DNA from: a virus
Taxonomy: Duplodnaviria > Caudoviricetes
Direction: 5' to 3' (one strand)
Length of the DNA: 34,986 nt
IMG/VR virus record: IMGVR_UViG_3300020042_002920
Span: 1-34,986 of that record
How positions within the stretch are numbered: position 1 is the stretch's first letter; every line of letters starts with the position of its first letter. This document shows, piece after piece, positions 8,195-16,925 of this stretch. Below the pieces are notes generated by a model. The model made no database searches. It worked only from the letters and a program-made list of their open reading frames with translations, and was not told where the DNA came from. The position numbers and the translations under genes were made by a program.

Positions 8195-9174
8195 TGGCAT
8201 ACTCAGGTACAGTGAGCACAACGACATTTAATGCTCTGAAGGTGGTAGACCACGCCTTTAGGCGTTGTCGTCTGCCTGCTCAGGCCATATCTGCTGAAAT
8301 GCAGACGTATGCTCTAGAATCTCTTTATTTGTTTTTGTCAGAGCTAGCCAGCATCAAGACACCTAGTTGGTGTATTGAGAAAATGGTTTTGCCAATGTAT
8401 GAGAATCAGCCTATTGTCACCTTGCCTAATGGCACAGTAGAAGTTCTTAATCTGAACTATCGCACTATTCAACCAGTAACAGGCACAACTACAACTACTT
8501 CAACATCTTATACGGTAAACTTTACGACTCAAACTGTCGTGGATATTGTAGGAGTAGAGTGGTCAGGTGCATCAACTCCGTTGACTTTTCAAGTCAGCAC
8601 AAACGGCACTACGTGGGTAACTGTTGGAACTTTTACAGATACAGCAAGCTCAGGAGAGATTGTTTGGGTTGACATTTCTGGAGCGTTGGCCTTTCAGTAT
8701 TTTAGAATTACCTCTACAACAACTTTTAATTATGCTGTGGTGAGTCTTGGCAATATGCCGCAAGAGATTCCACTAGGTCAGTTGAATCGTGATAGCTACG
8801 TTAACCAGAGCAACAAAGTGTTTCCTGGCAGACCTAGTAGTTACTATTTCCAGCGTGATTTGCCACAACCTGTTGTAAACTTGTGGCCAGCCCCATTCTT
8901 GGCAGCTGAACAAGCTCAATTAGTGCTTTGGCGGCATCGTCAGATTATGGATACTGCAAACCTGCAGCAAGACATAGAAGTGCCTCAGCGTTGGCTCAAT
9001 GCCATTGTTGATGGCTTATCGGCCGAGGTTGCCGCTGAGACACCGCAAGTTGACCCGCAAATGATACCGGTGCTTGAGCAAAAAGCAGCTATGAGCTTGC
9101 AGCGTGCATGGGATGGAGATAATGATGGTTCGCCCATCCAGATCAACCCAGGCATTGGGGTTTACACAAGATGA
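8194..9174 (+). CDS. Head-tail adaptor/neck protein with inserted discoidin-like domain
   Basis: Helical N-terminus, PGRPSSYYFQR...LWPAP and VPQRWLNAI motifs typical of podovirus neck proteins. Internal beta insert (STNGTTW...QYFRI). Confidence 0.6.
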   Translation: MAYSGTVSTTTFNALKVVDHAFRRCRLPAQAISAEMQTYALESLYLFLSELASIKTPSWCIEKMVLPMYENQPIVTLPNGTVEVLNLNYRTIQPVTGTTTTTSTSYTVNFTTQTVVDIVGVEWSGASTPLTFQVSTNGTTWVTVGTFTDTASSGEIVWVDISGALAFQYFRITSTTTFNYAVVSLGNMPQEIPLGQLNRDSYVNQSNKVFPGRPSSYYFQRDLPQPVVNLWPAPFLAAEQAQLVLWRHRQIMDTANLQQDIEVPQRWLNAIVDGLSAEVAAETPQVDPQMIPVLEQKAAMSLQRAWDGDNDGSPIQINPGIGVYTR

Positions 9175-9473
9175 GTGTATTCTTAGACCCTAGTGGACAG
9201 GCTACGTATGGCATTGCTATATGCGGCCGGTGCTCGCGCAAAATGTTACTTGCTGAGTTGTCTCCGGACCCAAATTACCCAGGCCTAATGGTTTGTGAAA
9301 AAGACCGAGATGAGTACGACCCGTACCGTCTTGCACCTCGTCGACCTGACCAGATTGTCCTTCCGTTCAATCGCCCTGACACACCGATCAATACTCACCC
9401 CGCTGGTGTAATTCAAGAAGCTGGCGACTTGTTTATCATTACAGAAGACGGTAATGAGTATTTGGAGTTCTAA
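9171..9473 (+). CDS. Small neck-associated protein with putative Zn site
   Basis: ICGRC...MVCEKD. Overlaps the upstream stop (ATGA). C-terminal IITEDG motif. Confidence 0.65.
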   Translation: MSVFLDPSGQATYGIAICGRCSRKMLLAELSPDPNYPGLMVCEKDRDEYDPYRLAPRRPDQIVLPFNRPDTPINTHPAGVIQEAGDLFIITEDGNEYLEF

Positions 9474-11177
9474 ATGTCTGATGTCCCAAGCAATCTAATA
9501 CCAACCAGAATTACGCAGCTGCCAGTAGCTCCTGTGGCTGATGAAGACAGCTTGATGATGATTGTCTATCAAGGCAATAATTATCAAATTCGTGTAGGCG
9601 ATTTGCTTTCTGTATCTGGAGTGCCTATAACTAGGCAAGTAATTGCCGGTACTGGTATGACAGGCGGAGGCGCTCTTTCTAGTGACGTGACGCTCAGTGT
9701 TGCTGTTGCTGGAATAGGAGGCACTCAGCTTGATTCAACAGGGGTGACCCCTGGCGTTTACGGTGATGCTATTAACATTCCGGTTTTTACAGTTGACACA
9801 AACGGTCGCTTGGCTACAGCAACAACAATTCCTGCTGCAGTACCATCAGTCACCGGCACTGCTAATCAGATTGCAATCTCGGCAGGCCCAACAGTTGCCA
9901 TAGCCAACAACCCGGTTTTGCCTGGAAGCGGCGGCGTTGTTGTGCCAGCAGGTACTACTGGACAACGAGGCACGTCCATTGACGGCAATTTGCGTTACAA
10001 CTCAACAACAGGTTTGTTTGAGGGATACAGCGGCGGTTGGGTTTCATTTGCTTCTGGTTCTGGTGTTACTTCGATTGCAACAGGCACAGGTTTAACTGGC
10101 GGTCCAATTACCTCAACTGGAACAATCTCTCTTGCTAATACTGCAGTAACGCCTGGTGCCTACACAAATGCAAATTTAACGGTTGACCAGCAGGGTCGAA
10201 TTACTTTAGCTTCAAATGGTACGGCTTCTGGCGTAACTACATTTAGCGCAGGCACTACCGGCTTTACACCAAGCACCGACACAACCGGCGCAATTACACT
10301 AGCAGGCACACTGATTGTTGGTAATGGTGGTACTGGTGCAACAACTTTAACAGGCTATGTCAAAGGAGCTGGTACAACGGCCTTGACTGCATCTTCGACT
10401 ATTCCAAACACAGACATTACTGGTTTGGGAACCATGTCTACGCAGAATGCAACTTCTGTGGCGGTTACTGGTGGCGCAATTGATGGCACAACAATTGGCG
10501 GCACAACTGCTGCAACGGGTGCGTTTACCACAGTCACTGCGTCTACAAGTGTTACTACTCCTACAGTTCAAGCAACAGGCTCAGGCGGTTTAGCATTAAA
10601 AAACTTATCAGGTGCTACCCAGATGTTGATGGGTGCAGGTGGGGGTGATAACTTAGCGGTCAATGTATCTACAAACCTAAACGGTATTAACGCGCAGATT
10701 GACGTTAGTCCTACTGGTACAGGCCATGTCCACATAAAACCTACTGGTTCAGGTTCTATTGAAATAGCACCAACAAGTGTAGGAACTATCAATAACATGT
10801 CCGTTGGTGCAACAACAGCATCAACAGTTAGAGCGACGACAGTTACCACGACAGGAACTGGAAGCCCGACCGATGGCTCTGGTCAGGTTTACTTAAATGG
10901 TGCAACTAGCAACAGAATTGATTTCAATACAAACGGCACAGGAGCGCCGGCATTTACAACAAGAAGTGCTGGTACTAAATTAGTGCTGTATCCTTCACTA
11001 AGCGGTAGCGTAGCTGATTACGCTATAGGTATTAACGCCGCAACAATGTGGTCTAGTATCCCAGAAAATAATAGTTCATTTAAGTTTAAATGGTATGGGG
11101 CTACAACCGAAGTAGCAAGTTTAGATGGTGCTGGTGCATTTACAGCTGTCGGCGGCATCTCTGGAGGCACATTCTAA
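9474..11177 (+). CDS. Tail fibre protein
   Basis: G/T-rich. Motifs TVDTNGR/TVDQQGR, LRYNSTTGLFEGY, GTGLTGGPITSTGTIS, NGGTGATT. Ends GISGGTF. Confidence 0.8.
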   Translation: MSDVPSNLIPTRITQLPVAPVADEDSLMMIVYQGNNYQIRVGDLLSVSGVPITRQVIAGTGMTGGGALSSDVTLSVAVAGIGGTQLDSTGVTPGVYGDAINIPVFTVDTNGRLATATTIPAAVPSVTGTANQIAISAGPTVAIANNPVLPGSGGVVVPAGTTGQRGTSIDGNLRYNSTTGLFEGYSGGWVSFASGSGVTSIATGTGLTGGPITSTGTISLANTAVTPGAYTNANLTVDQQGRITLASNGTASGVTTFSAGTTGFTPSTDTTGAITLAGTLIVGNGGTGATTLTGYVKGAGTTALTASSTIPNTDITGLGTMSTQNATSVAVTGGAIDGTTIGGTTAATGAFTTVTASTSVTTPTVQATGSGGLALKNLSGATQMLMGAGGGDNLAVNVSTNLNGINAQIDVSPTGTGHVHIKPTGSGSIEIAPTSVGTINNMSVGATTASTVRATTVTTTGTGSPTDGSGQVYLNGATSNRIDFNTNGTGAPAFTTRSAGTKLVLYPSLSGSVADYAIGINAATMWSSIPENNSSFKFKWYGATTEVASLDGAGAFTAVGGISGGTF

Positions 11178-11521
11178 TGATTGAAGAATTGATTGAGCGT
11201 TTATTCCATGCTAGGAATGCAGCTCACATTGCTCACTGGAAAACTAAGTCCTATGCTGAACATAAAGCCCTTGGGCACTATTACGAGGATGTGATTGAAA
11301 AGCTTGATGACTTGATTGAGGCTTACCAAGGCACTTTTGGCATTATTGGTAATGTTGAAGAGCAAGAGAAAAGCATTGCAAAAACAATCCACGATGATAT
11401 AATTTGGTTGAATGAAAACCGTAGCAAAGTTGCTAAAGGGGTTCCAGCCTTAGAGAACATCGTTGATGAGCTCACTGGGGTGCACATGAGAACCCTTTAC
11501 AAACTTGAAAATTTGAGGTAA
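11177..11521 (+). CDS. Ferritin/Dps-like four-helix protein (DUF5856-like)
   Basis: ATG overlaps the upstream TAA (TAATG). HIAHW...HKALGHYYE...DDLIEAYQG and ENIVDE...TLYKL resemble the Dps HW...H...YE...D...E ferroxidase pattern. Confidence 0.75.
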   Translation: MIEELIERLFHARNAAHIAHWKTKSYAEHKALGHYYEDVIEKLDDLIEAYQGTFGIIGNVEEQEKSIAKTIHDDIIWLNENRSKVAKGVPALENIVDELTGVHMRTLYKLENLR

Positions 11522-11525
11522 CACT

Positions 11526-11996
11526 ATGGCACAAACAGGGTACACCCCAATCCAGCTTTACCACAGTACAACTGCCAGTAATGTTCCGCTGGCGGCTGAC
11601 TTAGCTGCCGGTGAGTTGGGCTTAAACATCGCGGACATGAGGTTGTTTTGCGAGAACTCTAGCGGTACGGTTGAATTGTTGGCGGCTCCCGGCATTCCTC
11701 GTTCTGGCTCTGCAAAAACAACTAGCTATGTTCTTGCTACAGGCGATGTAGGCCAATTAATTGAGGTAGGCGCAAGCGGTTCTATTACTATTCCAGACGC
11801 TACGTTTTCTTTGGGTGACGCAGTGCTGTTATTTAATAACACCTCTGGCAGCATCACAATTACCTGCACAATTACCACGGCGTATATTGCGGGAACAGAC
11901 GCTGATAAGGCAACGATGACCTTAGCCACTCGCGGTTTGGCAAATGTTTTGTTCATCAGCGGTACAGTCTGTGTGGTTGCTGGAAACGTGAGCTAA
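11526..11996 (+). CDS. Tail fibre connector/adaptor protein
   Basis: N-terminal [17 protein letters not shown] module typical of fibre N-termini, followed by a short beta domain. Confidence 0.65.
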   Translation: MAQTGYTPIQLYHSTTASNVPLAADLAAGELGLNIADMRLFCENSSGTVELLAAPGIPRSGSAKTTSYVLATGDVGQLIEVGASGSITIPDATFSLGDAVLLFNNTSGSITITCTITTAYIAGTDADKATMTLATRGLANVLFISGTVCVVAGNVS

Positions 11997-11998
11997 GA

Positions 11999-13378
11999 AT
12001 GGCATTAGTTCTCAAAGACCGAGTTAAGACCACGACCACGACAACTGGTACGGGTACTGTCACGCTTGGCTCCGCAGCAACTACTTTTCAGAGTTTCTCG
12101 GTCATTGGTGACGGGCAGCAGACTTACTATGTGATCTCTGACGCAACTGACTGGGAAACTGGTATTGGGACTTACACGGCTTCTGGCACGACTCTCTCAC
12201 GTACGCAGGTCTTTGAGTCTAGCAACAGTGATGCGCTAGTAAACTTTGCTGCTGGTACTAAGGATGTGATCGTAGGTTATCCATCAACGGCTACAGCAGG
12301 TGGTGTGCCTAACTGTGATAACAGCAGCATAGGTACTGATCTGGCGGGGTTCTCAACGTTTCAAGCTGCGTTACAGAGCGGTGTAACTGGTGGTGCGTTG
12401 TTTGGGAATAATAGTACCAATGGGATTGTGAGTACGTATTCTTTGGTTTATACGGTATCAAGCGGATACATAGGCGGCGTTCTTGCGCCAAACGGTGACA
12501 TTCATTTTGTTCCAAGAAGTGCGGTTAGAGGACAAAAAATATCTGCTATTGGAGTAGTCAGTACATATTCGCTTGTTTATACCGTAGCAGGTGCATATGA
12601 GGGAGGCGTACTAGCATCTAATGGTGATATTAACTTTATTCCACTAAGTGCAAATAGAGGCCAGAAAATAAACGCATCAGGCGTTGTATCAACTTATTCT
12701 CTGATTTATACAGCATCAAATGCTTACAGTGGTGGCGTATTGGCTCCTAACGGCGATATTTGTTTTGTTCCATACTCTGCCAACAGAGGGCAAAAAGTAT
12801 CAGCCGCCGGAGTGGTTTCTACTTATAGCTTGGTATATACAACCACAGGCGCTTATAACGGTGGAGTTTTAGCCCCTAATGGAGACATACATTTTGTTTC
12901 AGAAAGTGCTGTTGTAGGTCAAAAATTATCCGCTGCGGGTGTAGTTTCTACTTATAGCTTGGTTTATACGGCAGCAAGTGCATATGAAGGTGGCGTATTA
13001 GCGCCAAACGGCGATATTTATTTTATCCCTTATTCTGCCGCTGTAGGCCAAAAAGTATCTGCTTCCGGTGTTGTATCCACATATTCTTTGGTTTATACAA
13101 CAACAAACGCATACCGAGGAGGCGTATTAGCCCCAAACGGTGATATTCATTTTGTTCCTTATAGTGCTAATAGAGGGCAAAAAATATCAGCATCCGGAGT
13201 TGTATCTACATATTCTTTAATTTACACAGCAAATACTCATGCAGGTGGTGTTTTAACTCCAAACGGAGATATTCATTTTATTTCGACTAGCGGGGCAGTA
13301 GGCCAAAAAATCTCCACGAATCCCGGTCAGCCATTAGGCCTCGGCGTATGTCTGAGTTCATTCCTTAATAAATTCTAA
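11999..13378 (+). CDS. Putative receptor-binding protein 1 (anchor domain plus 7-repeat beta-propeller)
   Basis: N-terminal [13 protein letters not shown] domain. Seven [14 protein letters not shown]-type repeats. Ends FLNKF. Confidence 0.75.
   Translation: MALVLKDRVKTTTTTTGTGTVTLGSAATTFQSFSVIGDGQQTYYVISDATDWETGIGTYTASGTTLSRTQVFESSNSDALVNFAAGTKDVIVGYPSTATAGGVPNCDNSSIGTDLAGFSTFQAALQSGVTGGALFGNNSTNGIVSTYSLVYTVSSGYIGGVLAPNGDIHFVPRSAVRGQKISAIGVVSTYSLVYTVAGAYEGGVLASNGDINFIPLSANRGQKINASGVVSTYSLIYTASNAYSGGVLAPNGDICFVPYSANRGQKVSAAGVVSTYSLVYTTTGAYNGGVLAPNGDIHFVSESAVVGQKLSAAGVVSTYSLVYTAASAYEGGVLAPNGDIYFIPYSAAVGQKVSASGVVSTYSLVYTTTNAYRGGVLAPNGDIHFVPYSANRGQKISASGVVSTYSLIYTANTHAGGVLTPNGDIHFISTSGAVGQKISTNPGQPLGLGVCLSSFLNKF
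12422..13318 (+). repeat. Seven ~129-nt (43-aa) coding repeats
   Basis: Unit [43 protein letters not shown], counted seven times. Confidence 0.9.
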
Positions 13379-13380
13379 TT

Positions 13381-14757
13381 ATGACATTCGTTATCCGTGA
13401 TCGCATATTAGTAACCAGCACCACTACAGGCACAGGTACATTTACACTGGGCGCGGCTACTGCTGGCTATCAGGACTTCTCTAGCATTGGTAACGGTAAC
13501 ACCACGTACTACACAATCACCAACGGTACTGATTGGGAGGTGGGCATTGGCACGTATGCTACTAGCGGCACGACATTAGCCCGTACACAAGTTCTATCCT
13601 CAAGTAACAGCAATGCGTTGGTAGATTGGGCAGCAGGGTCTAAGAACGTCTTTGTGCCACAGCCCGCTATCAATACACAAGGAACAGCGCCTACAGGCGA
13701 CAACTCGTCTATCGGTACAGATCAGGTAGCGTTTAACAACTTCCAGAAGAACCTACAGGCCAGTGTCAACGGTGGTGTGACGTTTAATAACAATGGCGTG
13801 GGTGGCATTGTAAGTACGTATAGTTTGGTTTATACGATAGCAGCAGCTTATAGTGGCGGCGTTCTTGCCCCTAACGGCGACATACACTTTGTTCCAGCGC
13901 AAGCAAACAGAGGTCAAAAAGTATCCTCAACAGGTGTTGTCTCTACTTACTCATTAGTTTACACGGCAGGTTTTTATAACGGTGGAGTTTTAGCGCCAAA
14001 CGGAGATATTCATTTTGTCCCTCAAAGTGCACCAGTTGGACAGAAATTAAATTCTTCCGGCATCGTATCTACTTATTCTCTGGTTTACACAAGCTCGTCT
14101 GCTTATAGCGGTGGTGTTTTAGCGCCTAATGGGGATATTCATTTTATTCCCAGAGGCGCAAATAGAGGGCAGAAAATATCAACAGCGGGAGTTGTCTCAA
14201 CATACTCTTTGGTTTATACAACAACCAGTGCCTATGTAGGTGGTGTTTTAGCCCCTAACGGAGATATTTATTTTGTTCCTACTAGTGCTGCCGTAGGCCA
14301 AAAAATATCAGCAGCAGGGGTTGTCTCAACATACTCATTAATTTATACGGCAAGTACTGCTTACTTTGGTGGTGTATTAGCCCCAAACGGGGACATACAT
14401 TTTATCCCATATGATGCCGTTATAGGTCAAAAAGTATCTGCCGCTGGCGTAGTTTCTACTTATAGTCTTGTTTATACAGCAGGGACATACAACGGTGGAG
14501 TGCTTGCGCCAAACGGAGATATTCATTTTGTTCCTTATGCTGCTCCAATAGGACAAAAAGTATCTGCGGCTGGTGTCGTTTCTACATATTCACTGGTTTT
14601 TACAACAGCAGCCGCTTATATTGGGGGCGTTCTAGCACCTGACGGAAGTATTTATTTTGTTCCATCTAATGCTGTTAGAGGCCAAACAATCTCTACCTGC
14701 CCTGCTATTCCCTTTGGCTTAGATACCTGCCTCAGTTCATACCTCAATAAGTTTTAA
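13381..14757 (+). CDS. Putative receptor-binding protein 2 (paralog of 11999)
   Basis: Same architecture as 11999, seven repeats, ends YLNKF. Confidence 0.75.
   Translation: MTFVIRDRILVTSTTTGTGTFTLGAATAGYQDFSSIGNGNTTYYTITNGTDWEVGIGTYATSGTTLARTQVLSSSNSNALVDWAAGSKNVFVPQPAINTQGTAPTGDNSSIGTDQVAFNNFQKNLQASVNGGVTFNNNGVGGIVSTYSLVYTIAAAYSGGVLAPNGDIHFVPAQANRGQKVSSTGVVSTYSLVYTAGFYNGGVLAPNGDIHFVPQSAPVGQKLNSSGIVSTYSLVYTSSSAYSGGVLAPNGDIHFIPRGANRGQKISTAGVVSTYSLVYTTTSAYVGGVLAPNGDIYFVPTSAAVGQKISAAGVVSTYSLIYTASTAYFGGVLAPNGDIHFIPYDAVIGQKVSAAGVVSTYSLVYTAGTYNGGVLAPNGDIHFVPYAAPIGQKVSAAGVVSTYSLVFTTAAAYIGGVLAPDGSIYFVPSNAVRGQTISTCPAIPFGLDTCLSSYLNKF
13804..14697 (+). repeat. Seven ~129-nt coding repeats
   Basis: Same unit as 12422-13318; some units are one codon shorter. 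Confidence 0.9.
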
Positions 14758-14765
14758 GGATCATC

Positions 14766-16916
14766 ATGGCGTATGTCGTTAAAGACCGAGTAAAAGTAAC
14801 CAGCACAACGACAGGTACGGGAACCTTTACGCTTGGCTCGGCTGTTGCTGGGTTTCAAAGTTTTGCTGCGATTACTCCAAATAATGCTTGGAACATTGCT
14901 ACCTCAGTTTATGTCCAAAGTTTCTCTGTATCTTCACAAGAACTAGCGCCACAAGCCATATTTTTTAAATATGACGGCACAAAAATGTATGTTGGAGGGA
15001 ATACTGGCGACGATATAAATGAGTACAACTTATCTACGCCGTGGAACATTTCAACCGCGACTTATTTGCAAGTCTTTTCTCTTTCACCGGCTCTTAACCC
15101 AAGTTCTTTATTCTTTAATTCTGATGGCACAAAGATGTATGTTATAGCTGCTGGTTCAGTCTATGAATATACATTGTCATCTGGGTGGAACGTATCAACA
15201 GCAACTTATGTTCAATTCTTTGATCTTTCGGCTACAGCGCCAAGCGCATCAGGTTTATTTTTTAAACCTGATAGCTTAAAAATGTTTGTTACAGGCACAT
15301 CAGGGGACGCTGTTTATGAATACAGTCTCTCTTCTGCTGGGAATGTTTCAACATTGTCGTATGTGCAAAGTTTTTCTGTTTCTGCGCAAGATACTGGGCC
15401 ACAAGGACTTTCGTTTAAGCCCGATGGAACACAGATGTATGTATTAGGCGGCGTTGGAGACGATGTAAATCAATATGTTCTGTCCACAGCTTGGGATATT
15501 TCAACGGCAGTTTATCAACAGATTTTTTCTCATGCTGCGCAAGATACGGCATCAGTTGGATTGTTTTTTAATCCAGATGGCACTGGGTTTTATATTGTTG
15601 GGGCAACTAACGATGCAGTCTATCAATACTCTGTTGGGACTTCAAGCCAAACATATTATGTCATCACTGACGCTACAAACTTTGAAGTTGGTATTGGAAC
15701 AGTAACAGATGATGGTGTTACTTTAGCCAGAAACACTGTCCTTGAGTCAAGTAACAGCGATGCTCTCGTCAACTTTGCCGCTGGCGCTAAGACTGTATTT
15801 GTTACCTTCCCCGCAGAAAACACGCTAGGCACTGTACCAACGGCTGACAATAGCTCAGTAGGTACTGACTTGGTAGCGTGGCTGAACATCAAGAAACAAC
15901 TAGATGCAGGTGTAGTGAATGGTGTGCCATATGCTAACAAGGGGACTAATGGTATTGTAAGTACGTACAGTTTGGTTTATACAACCGTTAATGCGTATTT
16001 GGGTGGTGTTTTAGCTCCTAACGGGGACATATATTTTGTACCATCTTTTGCAAATAGAGGTCAAAAGGTTTCCGCTACTGGCGTAGTATCTACGTATTCT
16101 TTAATTTATACAGCTTCTCAAGCATATGCGGGCGGTGTTTTAGCACCTAACGGCGATATACATTTTATTCCTGAAAGTGCAAATAGAGGACAAAAAGTAT
16201 CTGCGGCTGGTGTGGTTTCTACATATTCACTGGTGTACACAACAGCAGACGCTTACTTTGGTGGAGTTTTAGCGCCAAATGGCGATATTCATTTTGTTCC
16301 TCAACGTGCCAACAGAGGGCAAAAAGTATCTGCTGCTGGAGTGGTTTCAACTTATTCTTTAGTTTATACAGTAAATGACGCTTATCAAGGTGGTGTTTTA
16401 GCACCCAACGGCGATATTCATTTTGTTCCATCCAACGCAGTAAGAGGGCAAAAAATATCTTCTACCGGAGTTGTTAGTACGTATTCATTAGTTTATACAA
16501 CTACAGGCGGTTATATAGGCGGCGTACTTGCGCCAAACGGTGACATACATTTTGTTCCTCATATCGCTACTGTTGGCCAAAAAATATCTTTAGCTGGCGT
16601 TGTTTCTACCTATAGTTTGGTTACCACAGCAACCGGCGCTTTTCAAGGTGGTGTCCTTGCACCAAATGGCGATATTCATTTTGTTCCTTTTAATTCACTA
16701 GTTGGGCAAAAAGTATCTGCTACTGGCGTGGTATCTACTTATTCTCTACTTTATGCCGGTATATTAGACGGTACTTATGCAGGTGGAGTATTAAACACAA
16801 ATGGTGACATATATTTTGTGCCTTTTGCTAATGGTGCTGCACTAGGCCAAAAAATCTCCACCAATGTCCAGCAAAAAGTAGGTTATGCTTTAAGTCCATT
16901 TTTCAATAAATTTTAA
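14766..16916 (+). CDS. Putative receptor-binding protein 3 (paralog with a second, inserted repeat domain)
   Basis: Anchor domain split by five WNISTA/F.PDGT.MY repeats, then seven GGVLAPNG repeats. Ends FFNKF. Confidence 0.75.
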   Translation: MAYVVKDRVKVTSTTTGTGTFTLGSAVAGFQSFAAITPNNAWNIATSVYVQSFSVSSQELAPQAIFFKYDGTKMYVGGNTGDDINEYNLSTPWNISTATYLQVFSLSPALNPSSLFFNSDGTKMYVIAAGSVYEYTLSSGWNVSTATYVQFFDLSATAPSASGLFFKPDSLKMFVTGTSGDAVYEYSLSSAGNVSTLSYVQSFSVSAQDTGPQGLSFKPDGTQMYVLGGVGDDVNQYVLSTAWDISTAVYQQIFSHAAQDTASVGLFFNPDGTGFYIVGATNDAVYQYSVGTSSQTYYVITDATNFEVGIGTVTDDGVTLARNTVLESSNSDALVNFAAGAKTVFVTFPAENTLGTVPTADNSSVGTDLVAWLNIKKQLDAGVVNGVPYANKGTNGIVSTYSLVYTTVNAYLGGVLAPNGDIYFVPSFANRGQKVSATGVVSTYSLIYTASQAYAGGVLAPNGDIHFIPESANRGQKVSAAGVVSTYSLVYTTADAYFGGVLAPNGDIHFVPQRANRGQKVSAAGVVSTYSLVYTVNDAYQGGVLAPNGDIHFVPSNAVRGQKISSTGVVSTYSLVYTTTGGYIGGVLAPNGDIHFVPHIATVGQKISLAGVVSTYSLVTTATGAFQGGVLAPNGDIHFVPFNSLVGQKVSATGVVSTYSLLYAGILDGTYAGGVLNTNGDIYFVPFANGAALGQKISTNVQQKVGYALSPFFNKF
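14874..15635 (+). repeat. Five ~50-aa propeller-type coding repeats
   Basis: Unit W(N/D)IST..Y.Q.F.......P.GLFF.PDGT.MYV.G...D.V.EY.LS, five times. Confidence 0.85.
15951..16862 (+). repeat. Seven ~129-nt coding repeats
   Basis: Same unit as in the two upstream paralogs. Confidence 0.9.
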
Positions 16917-16925
16917 GGAGAGCCC

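Noticed and set aside
11090-11176. Longer N-terminus for the ferritin-like ORF (similarly starts 2508, 19653, 19825, 34207, 34614)
   Set aside because: These extensions overlap neighbouring genes; downstream starts have an RBS or translational coupling.
12422-16862. CRISPR-like array suggested by regular ~129-nt periodicity
   Set aside because: Repeats are in-frame coding units that vary at synonymous sites; there are no identical repeats with unique spacers and no cas genes.
11999-16916. Diversity-generating retroelement acting on the propeller genes
   Set aside because: No reverse transcriptase and no non-coding template repeat in the window, and differences between repeats are not confined to adenines. 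A DGR elsewhere in the genome cannot be excluded.
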